Assembly (NCBI GenBank): GCA_045220575.1
Contig: JBGUVX010000032.1
Span: 4,055 to 68,054 of the forward strand
Direction of reading: 5' to 3'
Source of the DNA: Bacteroidaceae bacterium
GTDB lineage: Bacteria; Bacteroidota; Bacteroidia; Bacteroidales; Bacteroidaceae
Length of the DNA stretch: 64,000 bases
Made by a program: the position numbers and the translations under genes. This document shows positions 28,228-36,146 of the stretch, piece after piece. Position 1 is the stretch's first letter; every line of letters starts with the position of its first letter. The notes below the pieces were generated by a model that was given only the letters and a program-made list of their open reading frames with translations, did no database searches and was not told the DNA's origin.

Positions 28228-28319
28228 AGTGCCATAGTATGAAACTACCCAGTGCCATAGTATGGTACCAAGTAGTGCCATAGTATGGAACAGCCCAGTA
28301 CCATAGTATGGCACTTTTG
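28228..28319. repeat. Four 23-bp phased units with the palindromic core GTGCCATAGTATGG(C/T)AC
   Basis: AGTGCCATAGTATG starts at 28228, 28251 and 28274; AGTACCATAGTATG starts at 28297. The next unit contains ACGACGTGTTGC (28323-28334) and a GCGAAGC-TAC-GCTTCGC hairpin. Confidence 0.9.
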
Positions 28320-28413
28320 GGAACGACGTGTTGCTATAAGCGAAGCTACGCTTCGCATAACGGTTCGGCACAAAATAAGTTGAAAGACGGAAGCCGAAAT
28401 AGAAAGTTTTTTG

Positions 28414-28421
28414 TAATTTTG
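28414..28421 (+). promoter_or_regulatory. -7 box TAATTTTG for xerD
   Basis: Perfect TAnnTTTG, 6 nt before the ATG at 28428. Confidence 0.5.
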
Positions 28422-28427
28422 TAAGCG

Positions 28428-29351
28428 ATGAGGACGAGAATCGTTTACAACAACGCCGTGCCTGCTGCCATCCTGCGGCGCTACGAGCAATACCTGAGAC
28501 TGGAGAAATCGTTCTCCGTCAACACGCTCGACGCCTACCTTCGCGACCTGCAGAAGCTCATCAACTTCTATGCACAGCGAGGCATCGACTTCCGCACAGT
28601 TACCCTTCAGCAAATCGACCAGTTTGCCGGCACGCTGCTCGACAGCGGAGTGACGCAGAAGACCATCGCCCGCATCCTGGCTGGCGTGCGTTCGTTCTAC
28701 AAGTTCCTGCTGTTGGAAAAGGAGATAGAGACCGACCCTACGGAGCTGTTGCCTTTTCCCAAGCGAGGTCTCTATCTACCAGAGGTGCTTTCCCTCGATG
28801 AAATCGACCGAATTGAGAAAATCATAGACATTTCGAAGGAGGAGGGCGTGCGCGACCGTGCCATCGTGGAAACGCTGTACAGCTGTGGGTTGCGCGTGTC
28901 GGAGCTTTGCAACCTCACCTTCTCGAACCTGTTTCTGGAGGAAGGCTACATCCACGTGCGCGGCAAGGGTAACAAGGACCGCCTCGTACCCATCTCACAG
29001 ACCGCCATCGACGAACTGCGACGCTGGTTCGTCACACGGCAGGGCATCAACGTGAAGCCGGGCGAGGAGGATTTTGTCTTCATCACAAAGCGAGGCAGTC
29101 GCATGAGTCGCATCACCGTCTTCCACAACATCAAGCAATACGCCCAGGCGGCAGGCATCCAGAAAGAAATCTCGCCCCACACCTTCCGACACTCCTTTGC
29201 CACCCACCTGCTGGAACGCGGCGCAAACCTGAGCGGCGTGCGAGCCATGCTGGGGCACGAAAACATCTCAACAACAGAAATTTACCTACATCTCAACCGT
29301 CAACACCTGCGCGAGGAAATCCTCACCTGCCACCCCCGTAACAAGAAATAA
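28428..29351 (+). CDS. xerD: Tyrosine site-specific recombinase XerD
   Basis: 307 aa with SAM-like N-domain motifs (NTLDAYLRDL). The catalytic region has ...GLRVSEL..., HTFRHSFATHLLERGANL, LGHENISTTEIYLH. Confidence 0.88.
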   Translation: MRTRIVYNNAVPAAILRRYEQYLRLEKSFSVNTLDAYLRDLQKLINFYAQRGIDFRTVTLQQIDQFAGTLLDSGVTQKTIARILAGVRSFYKFLLLEKEIETDPTELLPFPKRGLYLPEVLSLDEIDRIEKIIDISKEEGVRDRAIVETLYSCGLRVSELCNLTFSNLFLEEGYIHVRGKGNKDRLVPISQTAIDELRRWFVTRQGINVKPGEEDFVFITKRGSRMSRITVFHNIKQYAQAAGIQKEISPHTFRHSFATHLLERGANLSGVRAMLGHENISTTEIYLHLNRQHLREEILTCHPRNKK

Positions 29352-29381
29352 ATCGTGGGCTGCAGGCGGGCTGGTTTCTTG

Positions 29382-30404
29382 CTAATAAGGCTTGCGGTAG
29401 CGGTCCTCGTCCTTGTCGTCGAGCATTCCTAAATAAGAGGTATAGCGGCTCTGGGCGATGCGTCCCTCCTCCAAGGCCTGCAGGACGGCGCAGCCAGGTT
29501 CGTGGGTGTGGGTGCAGTCCTGGAAACGGCACTCCTGCCCGATAGTGAAGATTTCGCGGAAATAATGTCCCACCTCCGTGCGTTCGATGTCGAAGGTGCC
29601 AAAGCCCTTGATGCCCGGCGTGTCGATGAGACTGCCGCCCGTTGGCAGGTCGAAGAGTTCGCTGTAGGTGGTGGTGTGCTGCCCGGTATCGTGGGAAAGG
29701 CTGATTTCCTCCGTTCGCGCCTTCAAGCCGGGAATGAGGGCATTCAGCAGCGTGCTCTTGCCCACACCGCTGTTTCCGCTCAGCAGGGTGGTCTTGTCGC
29801 AGAGCAACTGGGTAAGCGGCGCTATTCCCTCGCCCGTAAGTGCCGAGCAGGGCACGCAGGTATAGCCAATTGCGCTATACAGCTCCACCAGTTGACGCAT
29901 GCGATTCTGCGCCATTTCATCATAAATATCGGTCTTGTTGAAGACCAGGATGACAGGCACCCTGTAGGCCTCTGCAGTAGCGAGGAAACGGTCAACAAAG
30001 GTGGTGCTGGTTTCCGGGTGGGCAATGGTGACGAGCAGCAGCACCTGGTCGACATTGGCAGCCAGGATGTGGCTTTGCTTAGAAAGGTTCGAGGCCTTGC
30101 GGATGATGTAGTTACGACGGTCGCAGATGTCGGTTATCAGCCCGACAAGTTCTGAGTTCAAAGTGCTGAGTGCTGAGTTTCCGCTGCCATTAGACGTTGA
30201 ATCCTCCGAACTCTGAACTCCCAACTCCGAACTGGCCGCAATATTAGCGGCCTTAAATACTACCCTGTCGCCCACGGCAACAGGATTGGTGCTGCGAATG
30301 CCGCGAAGGCGGAAGTTGCCCTTCACCTTGCACGAAAAAAGCTGGTCGTCGTCCGTGCGGACAACGTACCAGCTTCCTGTGTTCTTGATGACTGTACCAA
30401 TCAT
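29382..30404 (-). CDS. rsgA: Ribosome small-subunit-dependent GTPase A, with a 28-aa in-frame repeat insertion in the OB domain
   Basis: OB domain (VAVGDRV), circularly permuted GTPase motifs ([19 protein letters not shown]) and a Zn knuckle ([16 protein letters not shown]). The extra segment [28 protein letters not shown] is encoded by 30149-30232. Confidence 0.9.
   Translation of the reverse strand: MIGTVIKNTGSWYVVRTDDDQLFSCKVKGNFRLRGIRSTNPVAVGDRVVFKAANIAASSELGVQSSEDSTSNGSGNSALSTLNSELVGLITDICDRRNYIIRKASNLSKQSHILAANVDQVLLLVTIAHPETSTTFVDRFLATAEAYRVPVILVFNKTDIYDEMAQNRMRQLVELYSAIGYTCVPCSALTGEGIAPLTQLLCDKTTLLSGNSGVGKSTLLNALIPGLKARTEEISLSHDTGQHTTTYSELFDLPTGGSLIDTPGIKGFGTFDIERTEVGHYFREIFTIGQECRFQDCTHTHEPGCAVLQALEEGRIAQSRYTSYLGMLDDKDEDRYRKPY
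30149..30232. repeat. 84-bp palindromic heptamer element inserted in frame in rsgA
   Basis: Left arm GTTCTGA GTTCAAA GTGCTGA GTGCTGA GTTTCCG. Right arm TCCGAAC TCTGAAC TCCCAAC TCCGAAC, which is the reverse complement of GTTCGGA/GTTGGGA/GTTCAGA words. 12x7 nt = 28 codons. Confidence 0.8.
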
Positions 30405-30964
30405 TAGACGGTCATGATTTCCTTCTCCTTGGCAGCGAGCAGGTCCTCAATCTTCTTGATGTACCTGTCGTGGAGCTTCTGCAGCTTGTCCTCGGCATCC
30501 TTCTCGGCATCCTCGGCAAGGCCGTCCTTCACGCCCTTCTTCAGTTTGTCGATAATCTCGCGACGACCGTTGCGCACGCTCACCTTGGCCTGTTCCTCCT
30601 CCTTGCCGCACTGCTTCACGAGCTGCTTACGACGCTCCTCCGTGAGAGGGGGAATGTTGATGCGAATGATTTCGCCGTTGTTCTCAGGCATAATGCCCAG
30701 GTCGCTGTCGATGATGGCCTTTTCGATGATGCGGAACATGCTCTTGTCCCAAGGCTTGATGGCAATGGTGCGGGCATCGGGAGTGTTCACGGCTGCCACA
30801 TTGTTCAGGGGAACCATAGAGCCGTAGCTGTCAACACGAATGTTATCCAGCAACTTAATGTTAGCCTTCCCGGCACGAATGCGAGCCAATGCATCCTCGA
30901 GATACATCACGGTTTCCTCGAAGCGCTCTTCCGCTTCGTTCAGAGTCTCTTTTACGTCTATCAT
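30404..30964 (-). CDS. frr: Ribosome recycling factor
   Basis: 186 aa with typical RRF sequence ([22 protein letters not shown]...[14 protein letters not shown]). TAATG overlap with rsgA. Confidence 0.95.
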   Translation of the reverse strand: MIDVKETLNEAEERFEETVMYLEDALARIRAGKANIKLLDNIRVDSYGSMVPLNNVAAVNTPDARTIAIKPWDKSMFRIIEKAIIDSDLGIMPENNGEIIRINIPPLTEERRKQLVKQCGKEEEQAKVSVRNGRREIIDKLKKGVKDGLAEDAEKDAEDKLQKLHDRYIKKIEDLLAAKEKEIMTV

Positions 30965-30989
30965 AGCATTATTTTTAGAGTAATTTGTG

Positions 30990-30997
30990 CAAAAATA
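30990..30997 (-). promoter_or_regulatory. -7 box TATTTTTG for frr-rsgA
   Basis: Reverse complement of CAAAAATA; 26 nt upstream of the ATG at 30964. Confidence 0.55.
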
Positions 30998-31000
30998 CGA

Positions 31001-31049
31001 AATAATTCTTAATTCTTAATTCTTAATTCTCAATTTATTTGTATTTTTG
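31001..31049. repeat. Heptamer tract (CTTAATT words)
   Basis: AATAATT CTTAATT CTTAATT CTTAATT CTCAATT TATTTGT ATTTTTG. The last word overlaps the VTC -7 box. Confidence 0.85.
31042..31049 (+). promoter_or_regulatory. -7 box TATTTTTG for the VTC cluster
   Basis: Perfect TAnnTTTG, 10 nt before the ATG at 31060. Confidence 0.5.
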
Positions 31050-31059
31050 TCCCGAATCT

Positions 31060-31854
31060 ATGGTGAAAAACAAGAATATAGACGAACGAATCGGGACTTT
31101 GGTTAACGAATTGGAACCGATTACGTTGGAAGAGATGTCGGGCATCAAACTGATGAACCGCACGGATACCAAGTTCGTCACCAACAAACAGCATCTGGCC
31201 CGACTGCTGGAACTGGCTCAGGGCAAATACTACGCCCAGGAGACCAACGACACCCGCATTGCCGAATACATCACAACGTATTGGGACACAGACGACTTGG
31301 AATACTATTTCCAGCACCACAACGGACGCGCGCCGCGACAGAAAGTGAGGGTGCGCACATACGTGGGCAGCGACCTTACCTTCCTGGAAGTGAAGACCAA
31401 GAACAACCACGGGCGGACGAAGAAGAAACGCATCGAAGTGCCCAGTCAGGAGGTGGCAAAGGTGAAGGCCGAGGCCGATGAGTTCCTGATGCACAGGGCA
31501 AACCGCACGCTGGACGACATACACCCCACGGTGCAGAACCATTTCCATCGCATCACCCTGGTCAACAAAGGAAAGACGGAACGCCTGACCATAGACTTCG
31601 ACGTGGAGTTCCACAACTTCGAGACCAGCGACGAGAAGCAGACCGGCGACTTGGTCATCATCGAACTGAAGCGCGACGGCAACGTGCCCTCGCCCGTGCT
31701 CGACATCCTGCGCCAACTGCGCATCAAGCCCTCCGGCTTCAGCAAATACTGCATCGGCTCCGTGATGACGAATCGCGGCCTCAAGCACAACATGTTCATG
31801 GAGAAGATGGTGTGGATAAACAAACTGGTTGGAAAACCGTTGGGAACTGAATGA
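31060..31854 (+). CDS. VTC-domain (polyphosphate polymerase-like) protein
   Basis: ATG at 31060, 11 nt after a -7 box. RTDTKFV, VRVRTYVGSDLTFLEVKTKNNHGRTKKKR and VIIELK resemble the bacterial VTC (PF09359) family as I recall it. Confidence 0.7.
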   Translation: MVKNKNIDERIGTLVNELEPITLEEMSGIKLMNRTDTKFVTNKQHLARLLELAQGKYYAQETNDTRIAEYITTYWDTDDLEYYFQHHNGRAPRQKVRVRTYVGSDLTFLEVKTKNNHGRTKKKRIEVPSQEVAKVKAEADEFLMHRANRTLDDIHPTVQNHFHRITLVNKGKTERLTIDFDVEFHNFETSDEKQTGDLVIIELKRDGNVPSPVLDILRQLRIKPSGFSKYCIGSVMTNRGLKHNMFMEKMVWINKLVGKPLGTE

Positions 31855-31881
31855 AAGATTAATACATAATAATAGTATACT

Positions 31882-32589
31882 ATGGATTTCACTCTGATTA
31901 ACAACCAATTGGGCGACATGTTCGGTGTTACCCTATTCGACCCCCAGCAATTCATCTCGCTGGTACTGCGCTTTGTGATTAACCTGGTAGTGGTGTTCAC
32001 CATTGCCCGCTTCTTCTACTATCCACACAGCCGCAGGCGCGACTACATGTTCATCTTCATCCTCATGTCAATGAGCATCTTCCTGCTCGTGAGCCTGATG
32101 GAAGGCGGAGGCATGGAACTGGGAGCCGCTATGGGTCTGTTCGCCATCTTCGGCATCATGCGCTTCCGTACAGAAGCCGTACCCATCCGCGAGATGACCT
32201 ACCTGTTCATGCTGATTGCCGTCAGCGTAATCAACGCCGTTGCCCAAGGCGACTACCACCCGAAGGCACAGTACTGGGACGGCGTGGGCATTGTCACCAT
32301 CCTTTTCGTGAACCTCGTCTTCATCCTGATGGCTTGGCTCTTCGAGTCGAGCAAGATTATGACCGACAGTTGCTCGAAGTACATCAAGTACGATAACGTG
32401 GCTCTGGTGGCTCCCGACAAGCGCGAGGAGCTGAAGGCAGACCTTGAGAAGCGTACGGGACTGAAGATTCAGCGCATCGAGGTGGGCATGATCGACTACC
32501 TGAAGGATGCCGTCCTCATCCGCATCTTTTACAACGAGAAGATGGACCGCGGCAGCAGCATCGAGGGAATGACGAAGATGCCAAGATAA
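31882..32589 (+). CDS. DUF4956-like membrane protein
   Basis: 235 aa with 4-5 TM helices and a soluble C-terminal domain. Its position directly after a VTC gene is the usual pairing, from memory. Confidence 0.65.
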   Translation: MDFTLINNQLGDMFGVTLFDPQQFISLVLRFVINLVVVFTIARFFYYPHSRRRDYMFIFILMSMSIFLLVSLMEGGGMELGAAMGLFAIFGIMRFRTEAVPIREMTYLFMLIAVSVINAVAQGDYHPKAQYWDGVGIVTILFVNLVFILMAWLFESSKIMTDSCSKYIKYDNVALVAPDKREELKADLEKRTGLKIQRIEVGMIDYLKDAVLIRIFYNEKMDRGSSIEGMTKMPR

Positions 32590-32635
32590 TTAAGAGTTAA
32601 GAGTTAAGAGTTAAGAATTAAAAGATAAATAAAGA
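32587..32635. repeat. Heptamer tract (GAGTTAA words), inverted relative to 31001-31049
   Basis: TAATTAA GAGTTAA GAGTTAA GAGTTAA GAATTAA AAGATAA ATAAAGA. It spans exactly from the DUF4956 stop to the next ATG. Confidence 0.85.
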
Positions 32636-33456
32636 TGAAGCGGCTAAGCCTTTTTGTTGTCGTATTATCTCAACTTCTCATTTCTGCATCGGCACGGGCT
32701 GATGACAACACGGGTGCCTTGTGGACGGAGGTGGGCGTGACAAAGGCCCTCCCCTACAACCTGAGCGTGGAAGGCAACGTGGGGCACCGCACCATCGACT
32801 GGTTCGACTGGTCGAGCCGCACCGATGTGGGTGCAGGGCTGGGCTATAAGCCGAACAAATACGTGAAGCTCGGCTTCGGCTATGCCTACATTGCCAAGCA
32901 CAACCAGGAAACGTGGAAGCCCCACTTGAACGCTGCTGACAACTGGAACGGCTACAACGTGGACGCTGCCAACTGGGCTCAGCGCCACCGCCTGATGCTG
33001 GATGTGACGGGCACCATCCGTGCAAAGAAGCTGGTGCGCTTCTCGCTGCGCGAACGCTACCAGTACACCTACCAGCCGGCACGCGACGTCGACCGTACCA
33101 AACTGCGCAAGCCCCTGCCCGGCATCACGGAAGGCTACGAGGAATGGGACGGATATGCCAGCTCCACACAGGTGGTTGACCACAAGCACCACAAGAACCG
33201 CCATCTGCTTCGTTCGCGACTGAAAATCAGCATCGACAAGAAGGGCTGGAAGTGGGAGCCCTACGTCAGCGTAGAGACCCACAACGACCTGCAGAGGAGC
33301 ATGCACCTCGACAAGATTCGCACCGCCGTGGGCGTCGACTACAGCATAAACAAGCATCACGAGGTGGGCATGGGCTACATCTTCAACCACGAGAACGACG
33401 ACGATGGCGACCAGAACATCCACGCCATCTCCATCGGCTACAACATCAAGTTCTGA
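32635..33456 (+). CDS. Putative outer-membrane beta-barrel protein (DUF2490-like)
   Basis: Signal peptide, alternating beta-strand pattern, aromatic C-terminal signal (SIGYNIKF). Confidence 0.55.
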   Translation: MKRLSLFVVVLSQLLISASARADDNTGALWTEVGVTKALPYNLSVEGNVGHRTIDWFDWSSRTDVGAGLGYKPNKYVKLGFGYAYIAKHNQETWKPHLNAADNWNGYNVDAANWAQRHRLMLDVTGTIRAKKLVRFSLRERYQYTYQPARDVDRTKLRKPLPGITEGYEEWDGYASSTQVVDHKHHKNRHLLRSRLKISIDKKGWKWEPYVSVETHNDLQRSMHLDKIRTAVGVDYSINKHHEVGMGYIFNHENDDDGDQNIHAISIGYNIKF

Positions 33457-33490
33457 CACATACTATTATTAATTAAAGAGGAACACCGCT

Positions 33491-33847
33491 ATGAAAAAAT
33501 TGTTAATCATGGTTTTGCTTGCTGTCGGCACAGCAGCCTTTGCTGACGACTACAAGTACCTGACAATGGGATATAACAGCGTGGAAAAGAGCATCGAACT
33601 GTCCACCATACAGAAAATCACCTTCGAGAACGGACAGGTGGTGGTGGCTACGAGCAATGGCAACCAGACCTTCGCGCTGACGGAGATGGAAAAGATGTAT
33701 TTCAGCGAGGAGGCAACGGCCATCGAGCGCGTCAACCAGGAGAAAGAGCCGGCAGACGAGGTGGTCTACGACCTTTGCGGTCGCGCCGTCACCCGTCCCG
33801 CCAAGGGCATCTACATCGTGAATGGCAAGAAAGTATTAATCAAGTAA
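33491..33847 (+). CDS. Small secreted protein with a T9SS-type C-terminal tail
   Basis: 118 aa. Signal peptide, ~50-aa beta module, tail VVYDLCGRAVTRPAKGIYIVNGKKVLIK. Paralogous to 37429-37839 and 63616-63993. Confidence 0.7.
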   Translation: MKKLLIMVLLAVGTAAFADDYKYLTMGYNSVEKSIELSTIQKITFENGQVVVATSNGNQTFALTEMEKMYFSEEATAIERVNQEKEPADEVVYDLCGRAVTRPAKGIYIVNGKKVLIK

Positions 33848-33860
33848 GCACAGCACGACT

Positions 33861-35099
33861 ATGAAAAAGATTATACTTCTTCTCGCATTCCTTTCCGCCC
33901 AGTTGGGCACGCAGGCACAGGAGCTCATCCGCATCTGGCAAAACGGCGAATCCACGAAGGTGGCTCTGTCGAGTGCCGGAAACATGGTGTATAGCAACAA
34001 CGGTGCTACGCTCACCATTGCTGGAGTCACCTACCAGACCGCAGCCATCGACAGCATCACGCTGGTACATCAGGTTGCCGTCACCTATTCCGAAGGGACG
34101 GCAAATGTCACCGTACCTCAACTCGTGGCAAACGACATAACGGTTCAAAAAGACGGCGCAAACGTGACCATCACGAACAACAACGTCAGCAACGAAATAG
34201 AGTTCGTGCTCAAAGGCTCTGCCAGCAACGGCTCGTTCACCTACAACGGCTCGTACAAGACCACGCTGCGACTGAACGGCCTCAGCCTGACAAGCCAGAA
34301 GGGCGCGGCACTGGACATCCTGTGCGGCAAGCGCGTGGCAATGGTGCTGGAGGACGGAACCACGAACACCCTGGCCGACTATGCCAAGGGAAGCCAGAAG
34401 GCGAGTCTCTACTGCAAGGGACACTTGGAAGTGGAGGGCTCGGGCACGCTGAACGTCACGGGTAACCTGACCCACGCCATCAAGACCAAGGAATACCTGG
34501 AACTGAAGAAGGGCACGGGCACCATCAACATCGTGAGTGCCGCTGGCGACGCCATCCACGCAGGACAGTACTACAAGCAGAACGGCGGCACCGTCAACAT
34601 CACCTCCACCACACAGGCCGACGGCATTCAGGTGGAACAGTTGACGCTGGACGACGACGTGACCCCAGACCCCGACAAGGAACTGAACGGACAACTGATT
34701 ATCAAGGGCGGCACCCTGAACATCGAGGTTGCACACGAAGACTGCAAAGCCATAAAAGCCGACGCCGACATCACCATCTCGGGCGGCACCTTCACCCTTA
34801 AGGCCAGCGGCAACGGCAGTCGCGGCATCCAGACCGACGGCAACATGGTCATCGGCACAGAGAATGCCACTACCAAAATCACCATCACAGCCACTGGCGG
34901 CATCTGCACGGCAGAAGCCGATGCCGACGACCCACACCGCTGCATGGGCATCAAGGTGGACGGCAACCTCACCATCAACGCAGGCACCGTCACCGTCACA
35001 GCCACAGGCAAGAAGTCTCGCAGCATACGCGTAGGCGGCACCTACACCGTAGGCAAAAACGCCACCGTAACCGCCAGCCCCGACCCCAAAGTCGGATAA
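33861..35099 (+). CDS. Cthe_2159-type (PF14262-like) right-handed beta-helix 'carbohydrate-binding domain' protein
   Basis: 412 aa. Signal peptide, then repeated GxGTLN(I/V)... and ...I(T/S)GGT(L/F)... coils. Same repeat logic as 61676-63619. Confidence 0.65.
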   Translation: MKKIILLLAFLSAQLGTQAQELIRIWQNGESTKVALSSAGNMVYSNNGATLTIAGVTYQTAAIDSITLVHQVAVTYSEGTANVTVPQLVANDITVQKDGANVTITNNNVSNEIEFVLKGSASNGSFTYNGSYKTTLRLNGLSLTSQKGAALDILCGKRVAMVLEDGTTNTLADYAKGSQKASLYCKGHLEVEGSGTLNVTGNLTHAIKTKEYLELKKGTGTINIVSAAGDAIHAGQYYKQNGGTVNITSTTQADGIQVEQLTLDDDVTPDPDKELNGQLIIKGGTLNIEVAHEDCKAIKADADITISGGTFTLKASGNGSRGIQTDGNMVIGTENATTKITITATGGICTAEADADDPHRCMGIKVDGNLTINAGTVTVTATGKKSRSIRVGGTYTVGKNATVTASPDPKVG

Positions 35100-35120
35100 C
35101 AAACCCCACATACAAAGAAA

Positions 35121-35153
35121 AGCCTTTTCGCCCACAAAGCGGGAAGGCTTTTT
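35121..35153 (+). terminator. Intrinsic terminator after the Cthe_2159-type gene
   Basis: AGCCTTTTCGC...GCGGGAAGGCT stem followed by TTTTG. Confidence 0.7.
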
Positions 35154-35406
35154 GTGTGTAGGGGATTCTGGTGAGCCGATTTTAGAGGGGAAAACAAGAG
35201 AAATTACGCTGGTACACAAAATTGTGGACCACAAACTTGTGTACTTCTCCTCATTGGTCCCATAAGCCCCCTTAGGCCCCTCCCGACCTCGCCCGTCGTA
35301 CCCTCCTTCGCGACACGTCGCATCCCATCACGCGATACTATCCCTGTGGCTGATGCATTACTATCGCGTCGCCCCTGAAAAACGTACACTCACGGAAAAA
35401 CCTCCC

Positions 35407-35452
35407 AACCTCCCCCAGAGCCGATGAATAAAGGGCTCGCGAGGGGGAGGTT
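35407..35452. repeat. G-run hairpin H1 (perfect 10-bp stem AACCTCCCCC / GGGGGAGGTT)
   Basis: The loop contains GCCGATGAATAAAGGG and the stem is followed by TTTATTTG. Related to H2 at 35608-35664. Confidence 0.75.
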
Positions 35453-35607
35453 TATTTGTAAAGGTCACCCAGACCTCACCTAAACCTCCCCGCTTTGATT
35501 TGATTGCTCCAAAGTGTAAATCATTGATTTTCAATTACCCCGTTTTTGATATAGTCCTTAATCGGAGGGGAGGTTTGGGGGACTTTTGGGTGAGGTTTGG
35601 AGGCAAA

Positions 35608-35664
35608 CCTCACCGCCTCCAGCCCCGATAAATAAAGGGAAGGGGGAGGTGAGGAGGTGTTTTT
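35608..35664. repeat. G-run hairpin H2 (CCTCACC...GGTGAGG), related to H1
   Basis: The loop contains CCCCGATAAATAAAGGG and the stem is followed by GTGTTTTT. Confidence 0.65.
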
Positions 35665-35892
35665 AAAGTTTTGACTAAATGTCAAAACGGCCCGACGAAG
35701 GGAGCCATAACTCCTATGGCGATGGAGGGATGTGAGGTTTCCTGCAGAATTCCCTCATTTTTGCAACAACCGTCAACCTATTGCAGGGTTAAAAGGTGAG
35801 AGTCAATCTATATAAGTTTTAATGTTTAACCGAGTCAACTAATCTTAGGGTTTAGACATACTGACAGTCAACCCTAATCAGGAAACGTCATT

Positions 35893-35951
35893 TTTGCAAA
35901 AATCCTGCGATTCTCTTTCGGCTGTGAAAATCTTTTCGTAATTTAGCAGCC
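35893..35951 (+). repeat. 59-bp direct repeat, copy 1
   Basis: TTTGCAAAAATCCTGCGATTCTCTTTCGGCTGTGAAAATCTTTTCGTAATTTAGCAGCC. 57/59 identical to 37094-37152. Confidence 0.9.
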
Positions 35952-36036
35952 AAGTACCCGCTAATTTTCGTGTCACATGGAGAGTAGCCATAAGGAAGAA
36001 AAGGAGTAAACAAGAAAAAACAACAACTATAGATAT

Positions 36037-36084
36037 ATGAGCAACAAAGAACCCGGCTACGTTTACATTCTTGAAAATAATTGA
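36037..36084 (+). pseudogene. Possible 15-codon remnant of a GIY-YIG-type nuclease gene
   Basis: ATG at 36037 gives MSNKEPGYVYILENN then a stop. KPGYVYIL.N is the usual N-terminal GIY block. It is too short to be functional. Confidence 0.3.
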
Positions 36085-36085
36085 T

Positions 36086-36093
36086 TATCTTTG
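36086..36093 (+). promoter_or_regulatory. -7 box TATCTTTG for dinD
   Basis: Perfect TAnnTTTG, 53 nt before the ATG at 36147. Confidence 0.55.
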
Positions 36094-36146
36094 CACCAAT
36101 AACAAGTAATCAGCAGAGTCGTCCCTGTAATTCAACATATAGGAAT

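Noticed and set aside
28228-28319. CRISPR array (also considered for 52018-52237)
   Set aside because: The repeat period is only 22-23 bp, with 8-9-bp spacers, and there are no cas genes. The geometry is wrong for CRISPR.
28051-28613. Small ORFs on both strands (63-122 aa) across the lipoprotein-xerD spacer
   Set aside because: They are driven by the tandem repeats (repetitive VPYYGT-type peptides), overlap each other, and have no start context.
33840-35234. 464-aa minus-strand ORF
   Set aside because: It is antisense to the Cthe_2159-type gene. It is Gly/Ala/Val/Asp-rich repeat-shadow sequence and crosses a terminator.
36081-36146. TTG-initiated N-terminal extension of dinD (MIIFAPITSNQQSRPCNSTYRN)
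   Set aside because: A -7 box (36086-36093) lies inside the extension. Similarity to DinD begins at the ATG at 36147.
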